Part shown: positions 1 to 9,740 of the stretch, piece by piece
Layout of the letters: each line of letters opens with the position of its first letter
How positions within the stretch are numbered: the stretch's first letter is position 1
Origin: Trypanosoma brucei
Lineage: Eukaryota
Assembly (NCBI GenBank): GCA_000002445.1
Contig: CM000208.1
Span: 3,520,001-3,584,000, forward strand
Direction of reading: 5' to 3'
Length of the DNA stretch: 64,000 nt
Notes under the pieces: model-generated
Seen by the model: only the letters and a program-made list of their open reading frames with translations
Database searches by the model: none
What the model was told of the DNA's origin: nothing
Program-made: the position numbers and the translations under genes

Positions 1-527
1 TACCGCGGGCGATCTCTAAAAACGAAGGTGAACTACCACCCCTCGCCCATGCATTAGAAGGAGGCACACGAACCTTTTGTTGCACCAAAGGGCCTTTGGT
101 TGAAGGGGGGTCGGTTGGTCGCGAGTCCCCACCTTTGTTGCCTACGGGAGCCCTTTTTTTTGCCTCGTTTAGCGGTTGATTTTGCTTTTCCTCTTTATTT
201 GGCCGACTGCGCGTACCATCCTTCTCATCCGCCTTCACGGGTCGTCCTTTACCTCTCGCGTTCATTAACAATCAACCGACAAAATAAAAATTACTACAGA
301 CAATCCTTTTCTAGCAGAAAAATAACAAAAACCCTTTAGAGGCACCCCGAAAGGGGAAGAACATGAGGAAAAAGAACGAAGCATTCATAATACAACCACA
401 AGCACTAAAAAGATAGGAGGAAAAAGAACAAGGTAAACGTACAAAGAGGCAACACACTCAAAACATTAAATTAAAAATACCAAACCGAAAAATAAAGCAG
501 AAACAATCCTGTACAGCCCGGATCTCG

Positions 528-1328
528 TTAAGCAGCCACCATCTTCCTTCCCATAGAGAGGAACTCGGAGTGCTCGTCGGTGGGGTCGCGCGACACCTCC
601 GTCTCCGCCCAGAGGTCGGGGGTAAGGAAGCCGTATGTCTTGCGCAGTGCATAGAATGTGGCCATGATGAAATTACCACGCGTACGCGTCTTACCACATG
701 AGCTAGTATATACGTCCTCAACGCCGGCAAACTCAAGAATCTTCTTCGGCACAGGCGCAGCAACGATACCAGCACCACGTGGAGCAGGGATCAAGCGAAC
801 GGCAACGGAGCCGCACTTCCCGGTTACCTTGATAGGGATTGTATGCGGTTCACCGATCTTGTTACCCCAGTAGCCACGGCGCACAGGCACAATACTCAGC
901 TTCGCAGCGATCATTGACGCACGGATGGCCAGGGACACCTCCTTGCCGACGCGGGCGCCGACACCAATGTGGCCGTTACCGTCACCAACAACATTGAAGG
1001 CCTTGAAGCGTGTGCGCTGTCCGGCAGACGTTGCCTTCTGCACGGGGAAAACAAGCATCATCTCATCACGGAGGTCGCCTTCGCGGATCAGTTGGTCCAC
1101 GATCTGATGCTCTTTGATGGGCATCGAGAAGAGGAAGATTTCCTCCAGCGAGGTGATCTTTTGATCCTTCACAAGGCGGCCAAGTTTTGTGCATGGCACC
1201 CATTCCTTCTCATCACCACCACCGCCACGACCGCCACGACCACCGCGACCGCCGCGACCGCCACGTCCGCCACGGCCACGACCGAAGCCGCGCTGCTCGC
1301 CACCTGTACCGCGTGGTGCGTCAGCCAT
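528..1328 (-). CDS. RPS2: 40S ribosomal protein S2 (uS5) with N-terminal RGG/GAR repeat
   Basis: Translation aligns along its length with eukaryotic RPS2/uS5 (KLGRLVKD..., [40 protein letters not shown]). N-terminal (GRGG)n tract. The ORF-track first codon is GTG; the first in-frame ATG (MADAP) is near 1328. Confidence 0.9.
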   Translation of the reverse strand: MADAPRGTGGEQRGFGRGRGGRGGRGGRGGRGGRGGGGDEKEWVPCTKLGRLVKDQKITSLEEIFLFSMPIKEHQIVDQLIREGDLRDEMMLVFPVQKATSAGQRTRFKAFNVVGDGNGHIGVGARVGKEVSLAIRASMIAAKLSIVPVRRGYWGNKIGEPHTIPIKVTGKCGSVAVRLIPAPRGAGIVAAPVPKKILEFAGVEDVYTSSCGKTRTRGNFIMATFYALRKTYGFLTPDLWAETEVSRDPTDEHSEFLSMGRKMVAA

Positions 1329-1675
1329 TCTCACTGTTCTTGGACGTCTGCTTTGGGCGGGTCGACGGAAGTCGGCAGTGTTGAGTAGAAGTAGAAGAAA
1401 AAGAGGGAAATCGACAGGTAGGGAATCATATATATATATATATATTTATATGCAAATGTGTTAAAAAACTCAGAAATTCATGGTGATCAAATAGAAACAC
1501 CGCCGAAGCAGTGTCATTTAACGACAAAAAGTTGTTTGTCTGCGAGAAAAGTAATATCTGATGCCCTGACACGGTAAAGGATTTAACCCCTACATCGCTG
1601 CATCAGATGGGTATATCAGGGCGGTAGACAAAAGAGGAATTATTAGCAGGGGACAGTGGTTTAGATGACGAGTTC

Positions 1676-2851
1676 CTAGAGTTTTGTCTCCCTCTCCAGA
1701 AGACGCAAAAAATTTCCCGGCACAAGTCCCTTCCGCTCCAATTTCTTGTCATCAGTTGCGGTAGTTGCCTGGCACCAACCATTTTCCGTGTAGTCATCAA
1801 CAATAAACCGGTCCCCGGTCTTGAATCCAATAAACCCCTCTTTCTCGGGGGATACATAATCAAACATGGCTACGTAGACACGTCCACCATTACAGTGTTG
1901 CGCATCGTGTCGATTTGACGAGCGAGCCGTTGCCTCTACTGTCTCATCAGACCACTCCTCCTCACTACTACAATCTTCACTCTCAGACAGTTCATCCTGT
2001 AATTCATCATCCTCCTCACTCAGGGTCAAGTCAGAATCTTTTCGTCTTAAAGACTGCCGAGCTGTCCAGTTACGGTACCGAAGATGTGCCCGGTACAGTA
2101 TTTCCATGAGTATAAATAGTGCAACCCTTAAAACCCACGACTTCCATCTTCCGCCTGCTGGAGGCGCAGAAGACCCACTGGGGGCTAATTCCGCGGCTTT
2201 TGCAACCGCTGCTCCAGAAATCCCTTTTGGTACTGCACCCTCCTGACTCTTTACTATAGACTTCAGAGCCTTTATACTGTAGTACGTTCCAAAGCCAACC
2301 CCAAACAGTTCTAAGCCCGACCGCATTAATTGGAAAAGAATCTGAAGCACATGACCAACGACCTCGATGGTTGAGTGTATAGCCAGCTGCTTCTTCTGTT
2401 GGCGATGCCTTTCTACAGCCTCCTTTTCTTGTCGCCGGCGCGCCCGTCTCTCCCGGCGAGTTTCGGTTGCTAAGGGTTTAGCAAACTGCAGAGGCTGCTG
2501 CTGGTCAGGCTGGGAAGGTAACAACCCACCACCAGCCTGGTCACCGGGAAGCGCTAAGGCCCCATTCATGCCATTGCCGCCTATAGCACCACCAACTGGA
2601 TTGCCCAGAATGCCGTTCATCCCCATGCCACCATAGGTACCGCTCATTGAAGAAAGACCTCCTCCATACATTGAACTCATCCCGCCACCAAGGCCACCAT
2701 AAACTGAGCTCATCCCTCCGCCATAGCCACCGTACATTGAAGACATTCCAGTGCCGTACATCGATGGCATCCCTGCACCATAACCACCGTACATTGAAGA
2801 CATTCCACTGCCGTACATCGATGGCATCCCTGCACCATAACCACCGTACAT
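1676..2851 (-). CDS. PEX13: Peroxin-13-like glycosomal import protein: N-terminal YG/GG-rich repeats, C-terminal SH3 domain, C-terminal tripeptide TKL
   Basis: (M/S)YGG(Y/L)G repeats at the N-terminus; C-terminal SH3-like block (ALFDY-like VAMFDYVSPE..., NGWCQA...GLVPGNF); ends in -TKL, as reported for trypanosome PEX13.1. The ORF-track start (2926) is GTG; the first ATG is at about 2851 (MYGGYGAG). Confidence 0.7.
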   Translation of the reverse strand: MYGGYGAGMPSMYGSGMSSMYGGYGAGMPSMYGTGMSSMYGGYGGGMSSVYGGLGGGMSSMYGGGLSSMSGTYGGMGMNGILGNPVGGAIGGNGMNGALALPGDQAGGGLLPSQPDQQQPLQFAKPLATETRRERRARRRQEKEAVERHRQQKKQLAIHSTIEVVGHVLQILFQLMRSGLELFGVGFGTYYSIKALKSIVKSQEGAVPKGISGAAVAKAAELAPSGSSAPPAGGRWKSWVLRVALFILMEILYRAHLRYRNWTARQSLRRKDSDLTLSEEDDELQDELSESEDCSSEEEWSDETVEATARSSNRHDAQHCNGGRVYVAMFDYVSPEKEGFIGFKTGDRFIVDDYTENGWCQATTATDDKKLERKGLVPGNFLRLLERETKL

Positions 2852-3439
2852 TTTTCCTTCGCTTCGAGTATACACGCGCTGATATATGTAGATATACTTG
2901 GGTGCGTGCACGTCCTCTAGAAACACTTTCCTTTCCCTTTCACCTTTACACTTTTTTCGCAGTGTTAAGCTCGATTGCCATGGGGGGGGGGGTGAGTGAC
3001 AAGGAAGCAGAGTATAGATTTCGGCAAGATAGAATAGGTTATGTTGATGGAATCAATATTACAGCTGATGCAAAGCGTATTTCACGTTAACCCGCACACA
3101 TACTTGATAATAAAGCCGCCCTCTCATGTTCCGTGACGTGAAATTGATTCGCAAGCGGCAGACGCAAGGAAGAAAAAAAACGCGCAACAACCCAGCCCCA
3201 GGAGTAGCTCTGGGGGCAAAAAAAAAAACTGGTGACTAAAGAGGGCACGACGGCAGGGGGGTCAACAGCAGAGGAAGAAAAAAAATTGGAGGCGTTAATA
3301 ACAACAACAACTTGTAAAAACAAAAACGAGAAAAAACCTTCGTACATAAAGGGAGAGTATGCTTCTACACACATGCTACCGCGTGAAGGAAATCTTTTTA
3401 ATTATTGGTGAACACTTGGAGAAACAAATTGGAGAAGGT

Positions 3440-4771
3440 TTATAGTTTCCACTCATCCAAGTTAATTGGTTGACCTGATCGCTTCGCCTCCCGCAATGCA
3501 TCAAGCTTCGCCTGCATTTCGGCCTCAATGCGGTCGGTTTCACGTCTCATTGCCTCCACGTCGTCTTGATGACGCTGGCGTTCCAAGACAATTTGTTCCA
3601 ACAAGGCCTTTCGTTTCCCATCAAGCTCTCGTGTTGCCTTCAGGCGTGCTTCCTCCTGCTCAGCGGTCAGTTGGCGCAATGTCTCTTCCTGGTGCTGCTC
3701 CTCCTGACGTTGGAGCTCTTCTTGCCTCAACCGCGCTTCCTCTTCCTGTTTCCGCTTCGCCTCTCGAGCTTTCTCCGATGCTTCGTGTTGAGCTTGTTGA
3801 GCAAGGGCTTCTATTATCTTCAGCTCCGCTTTTTGCAATTCCGATGCTATATCTTGTTCGCGCTGCCTCTGGCGTTCACGGCGTGAGCGTTCCTGTTCAG
3901 TTGTGTCTTGCTGAGCCTGTTCCTTCTCAGTAGCCAAGCGTCGCCGCTCCTCCTCTAGTTCTCTCTTTTTAGTAGCAAGCTCCTTGAGATGGGTATCGAG
4001 ATCCACCTGCTGTTTCTTCTGAAACTCAGCATACTCAGCCATCTTCTGTTTCTCTTGTTCGGCCTTGTGTTGCCTTGTAGCCGCCTCCCTCTCACGGCGA
4101 CGGTTCTCTTCTTCCCACGCCATCCTTGCCCTCTCGCGCTCCAACTCCTCTTCCCGTTCGCGCTCTCTCTTCTCCTGGAGATTCCTCCATTCCTCCGCTC
4201 GCTTCTTTTCCTCGGTCTCCAACTGTTTTGCATAGTCTAGTTTAGCTTTGCAAACCTCTTCGGCCTGTCTAAGTTCTTCTTGTTTTCTTTTGAACCATTC
4301 TGAGAAGCTTGTTTCCGAGTTGCCGGGTCTACGAAAGCCTTCACAGTTATTTTTCGAATTCGGGGCACTGCCCCCGTACGTCCCCTTTGTATACTGCATA
4401 AAGATATCTTCAAACAATTTCTCTTCTGACATCGGGTTTGCTCTAGAAGTACGCGTACCATAAGAATTGGGAACAGGGCCCGCCGCGTTCGCTGCCCTTT
4501 CAGTGGCATTTGGTCTCGGTACATTGTGGGCTCGCGCCGTAGGACCATCCCGCCGAACTTCTCTCAGGCCTATCTCTTGATCATACTTTCGACGCTTAGT
4601 GGGCGAACGCAATATCTGGTATGCATTAACGACCAACTTAAATATTGCCTCCCCTTCGGGATTCTTGTCAGGATGTAACTCGAGCGCCTTCAGTTTGTAA
4701 GCCTCTCGTATTCCGTCCTTAGACGCAGTCCTTGGAACCCCCAGGATCGCATAATAGTCCGCCTGCTGCAT
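3440..4771 (-). CDS. J-domain (DnaJ) protein with a long E/R/K/Q-rich charged helical (coiled-coil or single alpha-helix) region
   Basis: N-terminal canonical J domain (DYYAILGV...AYKLKALELHPDKN...AYQILRSPTKRRKYD) with intact HPD. About 300 aa of highly charged ER/K heptad-like sequence follows. ATG start confirmed. Confidence 0.8.
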   Translation of the reverse strand: MQQADYYAILGVPRTASKDGIREAYKLKALELHPDKNPEGEAIFKLVVNAYQILRSPTKRRKYDQEIGLREVRRDGPTARAHNVPRPNATERAANAAGPVPNSYGTRTSRANPMSEEKLFEDIFMQYTKGTYGGSAPNSKNNCEGFRRPGNSETSFSEWFKRKQEELRQAEEVCKAKLDYAKQLETEEKKRAEEWRNLQEKREREREEELERERARMAWEEENRRREREAATRQHKAEQEKQKMAEYAEFQKKQQVDLDTHLKELATKKRELEEERRRLATEKEQAQQDTTEQERSRRERQRQREQDIASELQKAELKIIEALAQQAQHEASEKAREAKRKQEEEARLRQEELQRQEEQHQEETLRQLTAEQEEARLKATRELDGKRKALLEQIVLERQRHQDDVEAMRRETDRIEAEMQAKLDALREAKRSGQPINLDEWKL

Positions 4772-5320
4772 ACCGTACTTTTTCCCTTCCCTTTCTCAGC
4801 AGTAATAAGGGAGAAGTGCAGTGGTAAAAGAAGTAGAAATAAAATAAGAGACAGCGACTTTAAGAAGCAGCAACAGACTCATAGATCCAACAAGACAATC
4901 AATAGCGAGCTCGGCAAGCACGTAAGCACCGCCCCCATTTACACACAAGAAAAAGGAAACATATACTCCGTTGCTTACACGGTCAAGGGGGAAGGATCAT
5001 AGGGAAACCAGGCAAGCAAAGCCACAATACGTTTCGCCCCACTATCGGCAGGGTAAACCACCACATATTAAAGACGAACAGGAAGACATGGAGACAACAC
5101 GCCACGCACAGAAGCCACACCCAACGTATATAAGTGCGCGAGTCCCATCTTCTCACACTAGCCATCTATTACATTCAATACTGCATAGGACAAGGGCGTA
5201 CAGAGAAAATTCAAGCAACCATTCTGAACCGGTTATCCAACAAATAAAAATATGCTGCATTCCCTTAACCATCCACACCACAGCATCCTAAAAGGAATGA
5301 CGGTAACGCACTACGTATGT

Positions 5321-6478
5321 CTATTCACCGTTCCGCCGTCTCTCCTCCTCTATCGCATCTTCCCATTCAAGATCCTCCATTATGCTCTCCGACTGCCGCA
5401 GTGCAGCTGGAAGGCGCGAAAGGACGAAGCCTACTGCGCAAAGTAACACAATGGTCTCACCCCACAGTCCAATATATTCCTGCATGAAGTCCAGCCACGA
5501 AATTATCACACGGTATTTAAACGTTCCAAGCGTCATCTCCTGTCCCCATCCACCACTGCGAGCACTGGTATACCGCATATGCTCTGGAGGCTTTATCCCA
5601 TAGAGAAGATAGTAATTACGTGCCTCAGGGTTCACAAGAATGTCGTATGCATCCTTCAGCTCCTCAAGAACCATCGACCGGTCTTCCTCATTCTTCTCCG
5701 TCTCTTCCACTAATTTCTTTTTTGTTTCGTATGCTCTCTTCAGTTCAGTGGGGTCGACTGAGCGTGCGTCCTTCGTATCCTTCGTGTCCAGCAAAACACT
5801 GAAAAGTTCACGGTCTACCTGAGAGGCAAGGCGATTGTACGCAAGCTCCACCTGTTGATTCTTGGCTTCGCACGCACGACCACAGTGAACCAGCTGCCCT
5901 CGCGCATCCTGATGTTCTTTATACGCCTTACGGATTTCCTGCCGGATGCGGTAGTTCTCCCGCCGTCGTTCCTTGTCAAGGTCCTCTCCACCTGCCTCAT
6001 CAGCAGCAGCTCCGGTAGATTTCGGACGGATTCTCCCCTTCACACCCAATATTTCGTAATAGCTCTCCGCTTCACTTGGAGTGACGGCACCATCATGAGT
6101 CGGATTGACCTCACCGAACCCTTTGCCACTCTCAATCTGAGGTGGCTCCAGGTTAAACTCCACGTCATACTTCGCTAACGCAAGCAACGAAATGGCAATC
6201 ACTACCGCTACGGAGAAAAAAATGCGAAACATAGAGCCAGAATTTTCATGCTCGCCTACGACAGCATCCCACTCGGCTTGAGTGATTATACCACGGTTGG
6301 GGTCCCGTCGAGAGTAGCGGTTGGTATTAGCAAACCGTGAATTGGGCCGCTGCACACCATACATGGCGTTGTGCCGTGCAAACACATCCTCCCGAGCAGC
6401 ACGAGCCGCGCTCTCCTCCAGCTTGTTACGCCGCTCCTGAGCCTGCTGCTGCCGTATTTGCGCTGCTCGAGGTATCAT
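5321..6478 (-). CDS. Membrane J-like protein (DNAJC25-like topology: TM - split J-like domain with long insertion - TM); HPD replaced by HQD
   Basis: SYYEILGV...IRKAYKEHQD, then about 80 aa inserted, then DAYDILVNPEARNYYLLYG (J helix IV-like, YDYML-like ending as in DNAJC25). Hydrophobic segments FFSVAVVIAISLLALA and IVLLCAVGFVL. The ORF-track start codon is TTG; the first ATG is a few codons in (coordinate approximate). Confidence 0.5.
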   Translation of the reverse strand: MIPRAAQIRQQQAQERRNKLEESAARAAREDVFARHNAMYGVQRPNSRFANTNRYSRRDPNRGIITQAEWDAVVGEHENSGSMFRIFFSVAVVIAISLLALAKYDVEFNLEPPQIESGKGFGEVNPTHDGAVTPSEAESYYEILGVKGRIRPKSTGAAADEAGGEDLDKERRRENYRIRQEIRKAYKEHQDARGQLVHCGRACEAKNQQVELAYNRLASQVDRELFSVLLDTKDTKDARSVDPTELKRAYETKKKLVEETEKNEEDRSMVLEELKDAYDILVNPEARNYYLLYGIKPPEHMRYTSARSGGWGQEMTLGTFKYRVIISWLDFMQEYIGLWGETIVLLCAVGFVLSRLPAALRQSESIMEDLEWEDAIEEERRRNGE

Positions 6479-6987
6479 ACTTAGCAACTTAGAGCTACAC
6501 TCCCCATTAGTAACAAATTAAAAACAGGATTCAAGGAAGAAGAGGGGAAAAAAAAAAGAAACGGTGATACGACGGGGAAAATAATCGAAGGAAAGCAGTT
6601 TGGTGCGGAAATAGGATTGCGCAAACAATCGCAATGTAGTCGCCCACATACCACACAGTCAGTTACGTCCCTGTTATTACGTAAAATGATTAACGTCGAT
6701 CATATAAATGATTTCATTATTCTTTTATTTTCCCCCACTCATACAGAAAACTTCCATTTACTTCCGTTGCATATTCATCTTTCTTCTCTTGCCTTATAAT
6801 AGTTTTTCTCGCTGTTATTCGCTGGTCCCTTCTTAATGTTCGTTTCCCCTCCCCACTCCAACCCGGGCATAGGAAACGTGAAACACAAACATATAATCTC
6901 AGATCACACAGTCAGACAAAGAGCTCCCCGCGCAGCCTCTCCCACCAAACGTGGCTTTCCTACATCCTTTTGTCCACATTCCTATTC

Positions 6988-7902
6988 CTATTGCGGGGGG
7001 GATTTGTAGTAACCTGTAACCACAGCGTGGTCACGCTCGAACGGTTCCAGCGAGGCCTGTTCCTTCGGTCTCAGCCCTGAGTCCTTCAGCTTCTGCACCT
7101 CCGATGCAAAAACAGTAGCAGAGTCCGCTGTCGAATCAATGCAATTGGCCTTTATCGAAATAACAAAACCACCGTTCTGTTTCAAAAAGTGTTGTGCATT
7201 CAGAGCTAATATTCGCGCCTGGTCGGGTTGAGCAACATCCATAAAGATGCAGTCTACCAAACGCGGTATCAGCATCCGATATTTCTGCGGGTAGCGGGCA
7301 TCCTCAAGGATCGGGACAATATTACTCCGACGTTTCGACATCTCCTCCAGGTCACGCCCGCTACGGTGTGAGAACTCCACAGCGTACACAACACCCTCCG
7401 GACCCACCAAATCAGACACATGACTAACAGTTGTCCCACTGGCAGCACCCAGGTATAACACTGTTGAGCCCGGTTCCATGTATATCTGAGCAACACCAGC
7501 GTAAATCGCCGCCGCAAGTTTCGACCGGTATGGATTCCACACGCGGAACTCGCAGGACTCGGTCTCTCCGGCAATTGTACCGCTTACGCGCTTCTCACCG
7601 TATATGGAGACACCAGGTACGAGTGACTTTGTGGCAAGAGTGTCTTTACCCGCAAGGAGGTAGCAGCCACGCATACGAGCATGGGGTTGGAATATGTTGC
7701 CCTTCATCCCACCGCCGGCTTTGCCTCCGCCTCGTCCACCTCCGCGGCCCCCACCTCGGCCTCCTCCGCGACCGCCACGGCCGGAGCCACGACCCCCGCC
7801 GCGTCCACCACCGCCGCCGCCGCCGAAAGCTCCCCGTCCTCTACCGCCACGGCCAAAGCCGCCACCACCAGCACCGCGGCCGCCCCCTCTACCACCGCGC
7901 AT
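6988..7902 (-). CDS. NOP1: Fibrillarin (rRNA 2'-O-methyltransferase, NOP1) with N-terminal GAR domain
   Basis: N-terminal (GGRGG)n repeat followed by the fibrillarin core ([42 protein letters not shown]). ATG start confirmed. Confidence 0.9.
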   Translation of the reverse strand: MRGGRGGGRGAGGGGFGRGGRGRGAFGGGGGGGRGGGRGSGRGGRGGGRGGGRGGGRGGGKAGGGMKGNIFQPHARMRGCYLLAGKDTLATKSLVPGVSIYGEKRVSGTIAGETESCEFRVWNPYRSKLAAAIYAGVAQIYMEPGSTVLYLGAASGTTVSHVSDLVGPEGVVYAVEFSHRSGRDLEEMSKRRSNIVPILEDARYPQKYRMLIPRLVDCIFMDVAQPDQARILALNAQHFLKQNGGFVISIKANCIDSTADSATVFASEVQKLKDSGLRPKEQASLEPFERDHAVVTGYYKSPPQ

Positions 7903-8332
7903 TGCTACTCAGATTACTTCGGGCACCTAATTATTAAAAAACGTTAAGATAAAGTTGATCGATATATGAATTTTAAAGGACCGGAGGAGAACTTTTACGA
8001 TAAACTGTTGCATGTTAATAAAAAGCATAACTTTTATGCAGTGACGGACAATAGATGAAATAGCAGCAAGTAATAGTAATTCAGCGTCACCAGACCCGGT
8101 ACAAAAGGAGGATAAATTGCGCTTGTGTATATTTCATGAAGCACCCGCTTCCTTTTTTTCAGTTCTGCTTTCCTGCATGGACGAGCGGGGCGAGAGAAGA
8201 AGCAAGTCAGATGTGCTTAAGCAAAAAAATGGGGGCGCCACATAATCGTCCTCGCTTCCACTTATTTTTGGAGTACGTACACTCACTCTTGTGCATACAA
8301 ACAGCCTTATTGGTATTGTGGTCACGGTCACG

Positions 8333-8902
8333 CTATCCACTCCCTGACTGTGACAACTTACCCAGAATGCTCCTCATCCGCTCCGTATTTTTGGAGTACT
8401 TATTGACCTTGTTGAAAGCCACCATTTTCCCCACATTGACCCACACAGCGTTTTCATCCGAGCATGGCTTCTGTTTTTCTTGTACTTCCTGCTCCTTCAC
8501 GTGCTTCGCTTTGACCTCCTTTATCTTTTCCTCGCGCATCTTATTCTGTTCCTTCAAATATGCCTGGGCTGCTTCTGTCAGTTGCCTCTCTTTTTCCCTT
8601 GATTTCGCGTCAATTTCAGCAGTTCGGGCATCTATACCCTTTTTAGCAGCTTGGCAGACGGCAATGGTGGCGCTCGATTGCTGCACCGGCGCTGCTGTTT
8701 GCGGTGGAATTTGTGGGGTTTGGGGAGTTTGAGGTATCACCGCGGCCTCCGATGCTTGTGGCATTGCCGGGACTCCAGAAGGGGCCTCCGAACTGATCGT
8801 ATTGTCACCTTCCTCACTGTTGGGGAGGGCTGGTCCAGCGTTTCCATTGAATGAGTTCTGGTTAATGTCCTGCCCTGTTTGACTCTCGTTTAGGAAGTCC
8901 AT
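8333..8902 (-). CDS. Clathrin light chain-like protein (tentative)
   Basis: About 190 aa with a disordered acidic/Pro-Gln N-terminus and a central charged heptad region. The C-terminal block W..V..FN......K.TERMRSILGKLSQ resembles the conserved CLC C-terminus (W.R...L.DFNPK....K..SRMRSVLISLKQ). ATG start confirmed. Confidence 0.5.
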   Translation of the reverse strand: MDFLNESQTGQDINQNSFNGNAGPALPNSEEGDNTISSEAPSGVPAMPQASEAAVIPQTPQTPQIPPQTAAPVQQSSATIAVCQAAKKGIDARTAEIDAKSREKERQLTEAAQAYLKEQNKMREEKIKEVKAKHVKEQEVQEKQKPCSDENAVWVNVGKMVAFNKVNKYSKNTERMRSILGKLSQSGSG

Positions 8903-9740
8903 AGCGGTTCAAGGTATCTTCGTAGAGTGGTGTCGGTGAAACTATCACGTATTTTCCAGCGAAAGGAAGAAAGAGACAGAGAACAAGAGGGTAGATAATC
9001 CCCCAGGCACGAGAAACGAACCAAAGTGTTGGTTTAGAGCTCCACTAGGAAAAAGGATATCCAAAGCACTGGTATACACTTAACTCAATTAGGCCCCTTG
9101 CCGGAAGCGCCATACAAGAAGGAAAAAAAGAGTGGCGCATCCCCACACAGAGGATCCCAACATAACCACATGAAGCGCACAAGTTAAAGGGAGAGGCAGC
9201 AAGTAACAGCGAGCGCCAATGCAGACTGGAAAGAATGTCCCCTTCAATCACTCCACCACCCCTCCCCCTCACCGAAGGTTGGACCCCAAGATAATGTGCA
9301 TGATAATATATTAGGCGGCACGAACAACACTGCTGTCCCCCCTGCCTTAACTCTACTCTCTTTCCTTTGCTCTATCTCTAGTGCGAGTCATCTGCGGGTA
9401 ACAACTCGGCCAGGAAGGGAAAACATGAAGAAAAAACGACAGCCATACCTTTCACCCATGTGTTCAACTGAATCAGCGCAGTTGGGTCGACCAGGCTGAA
9501 CTTCTTCCAACACGCCACCCCTTTGGCAACAACTCTTCCAATCTTCCACCCTTTCTTACCTTTGGTTAACCTCCTCGCTTTTCGCTCCGTCATCCACTTT
9601 TTCTTTTTTTTTTTACCTTCCACCAACTTTCAGAAATCTACCCCCCCCCTTTTCTCCCCAGTTCTCCAAGCACGACGGCGTGAAATCCCTTCATGAAAGA
9701 AGCGGGAAAAGGCTTAAAAATAGTAGATAGAAAGGGTTGG

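Noticed and set aside
1189-1464. 91-aa ORF rich in PRPP repeats on the plus strand
   Set aside because: It is the antisense/alternate-frame read-through of the RGG-repeat coding sequence of RPS2 and has no independent support. The Pro-rich ORF at 7694-7930 is the same artefact opposite the fibrillarin GAR domain.
8136-8732. 198-aa plus-strand ORF overlapping the clathrin-light-chain-like gene
   Set aside because: It is antisense to a gene with recognisable conserved motifs. Its translation is hydrophobic, low-complexity junk. Other long antisense ORFs rejected for the same reason include 3466-3933, 10009-10590, 33994-34425, 36450-36872, 37314-37730, 38644-39186, 39407-39925, 42322-42654, 51347-51985 and 53534-54061.
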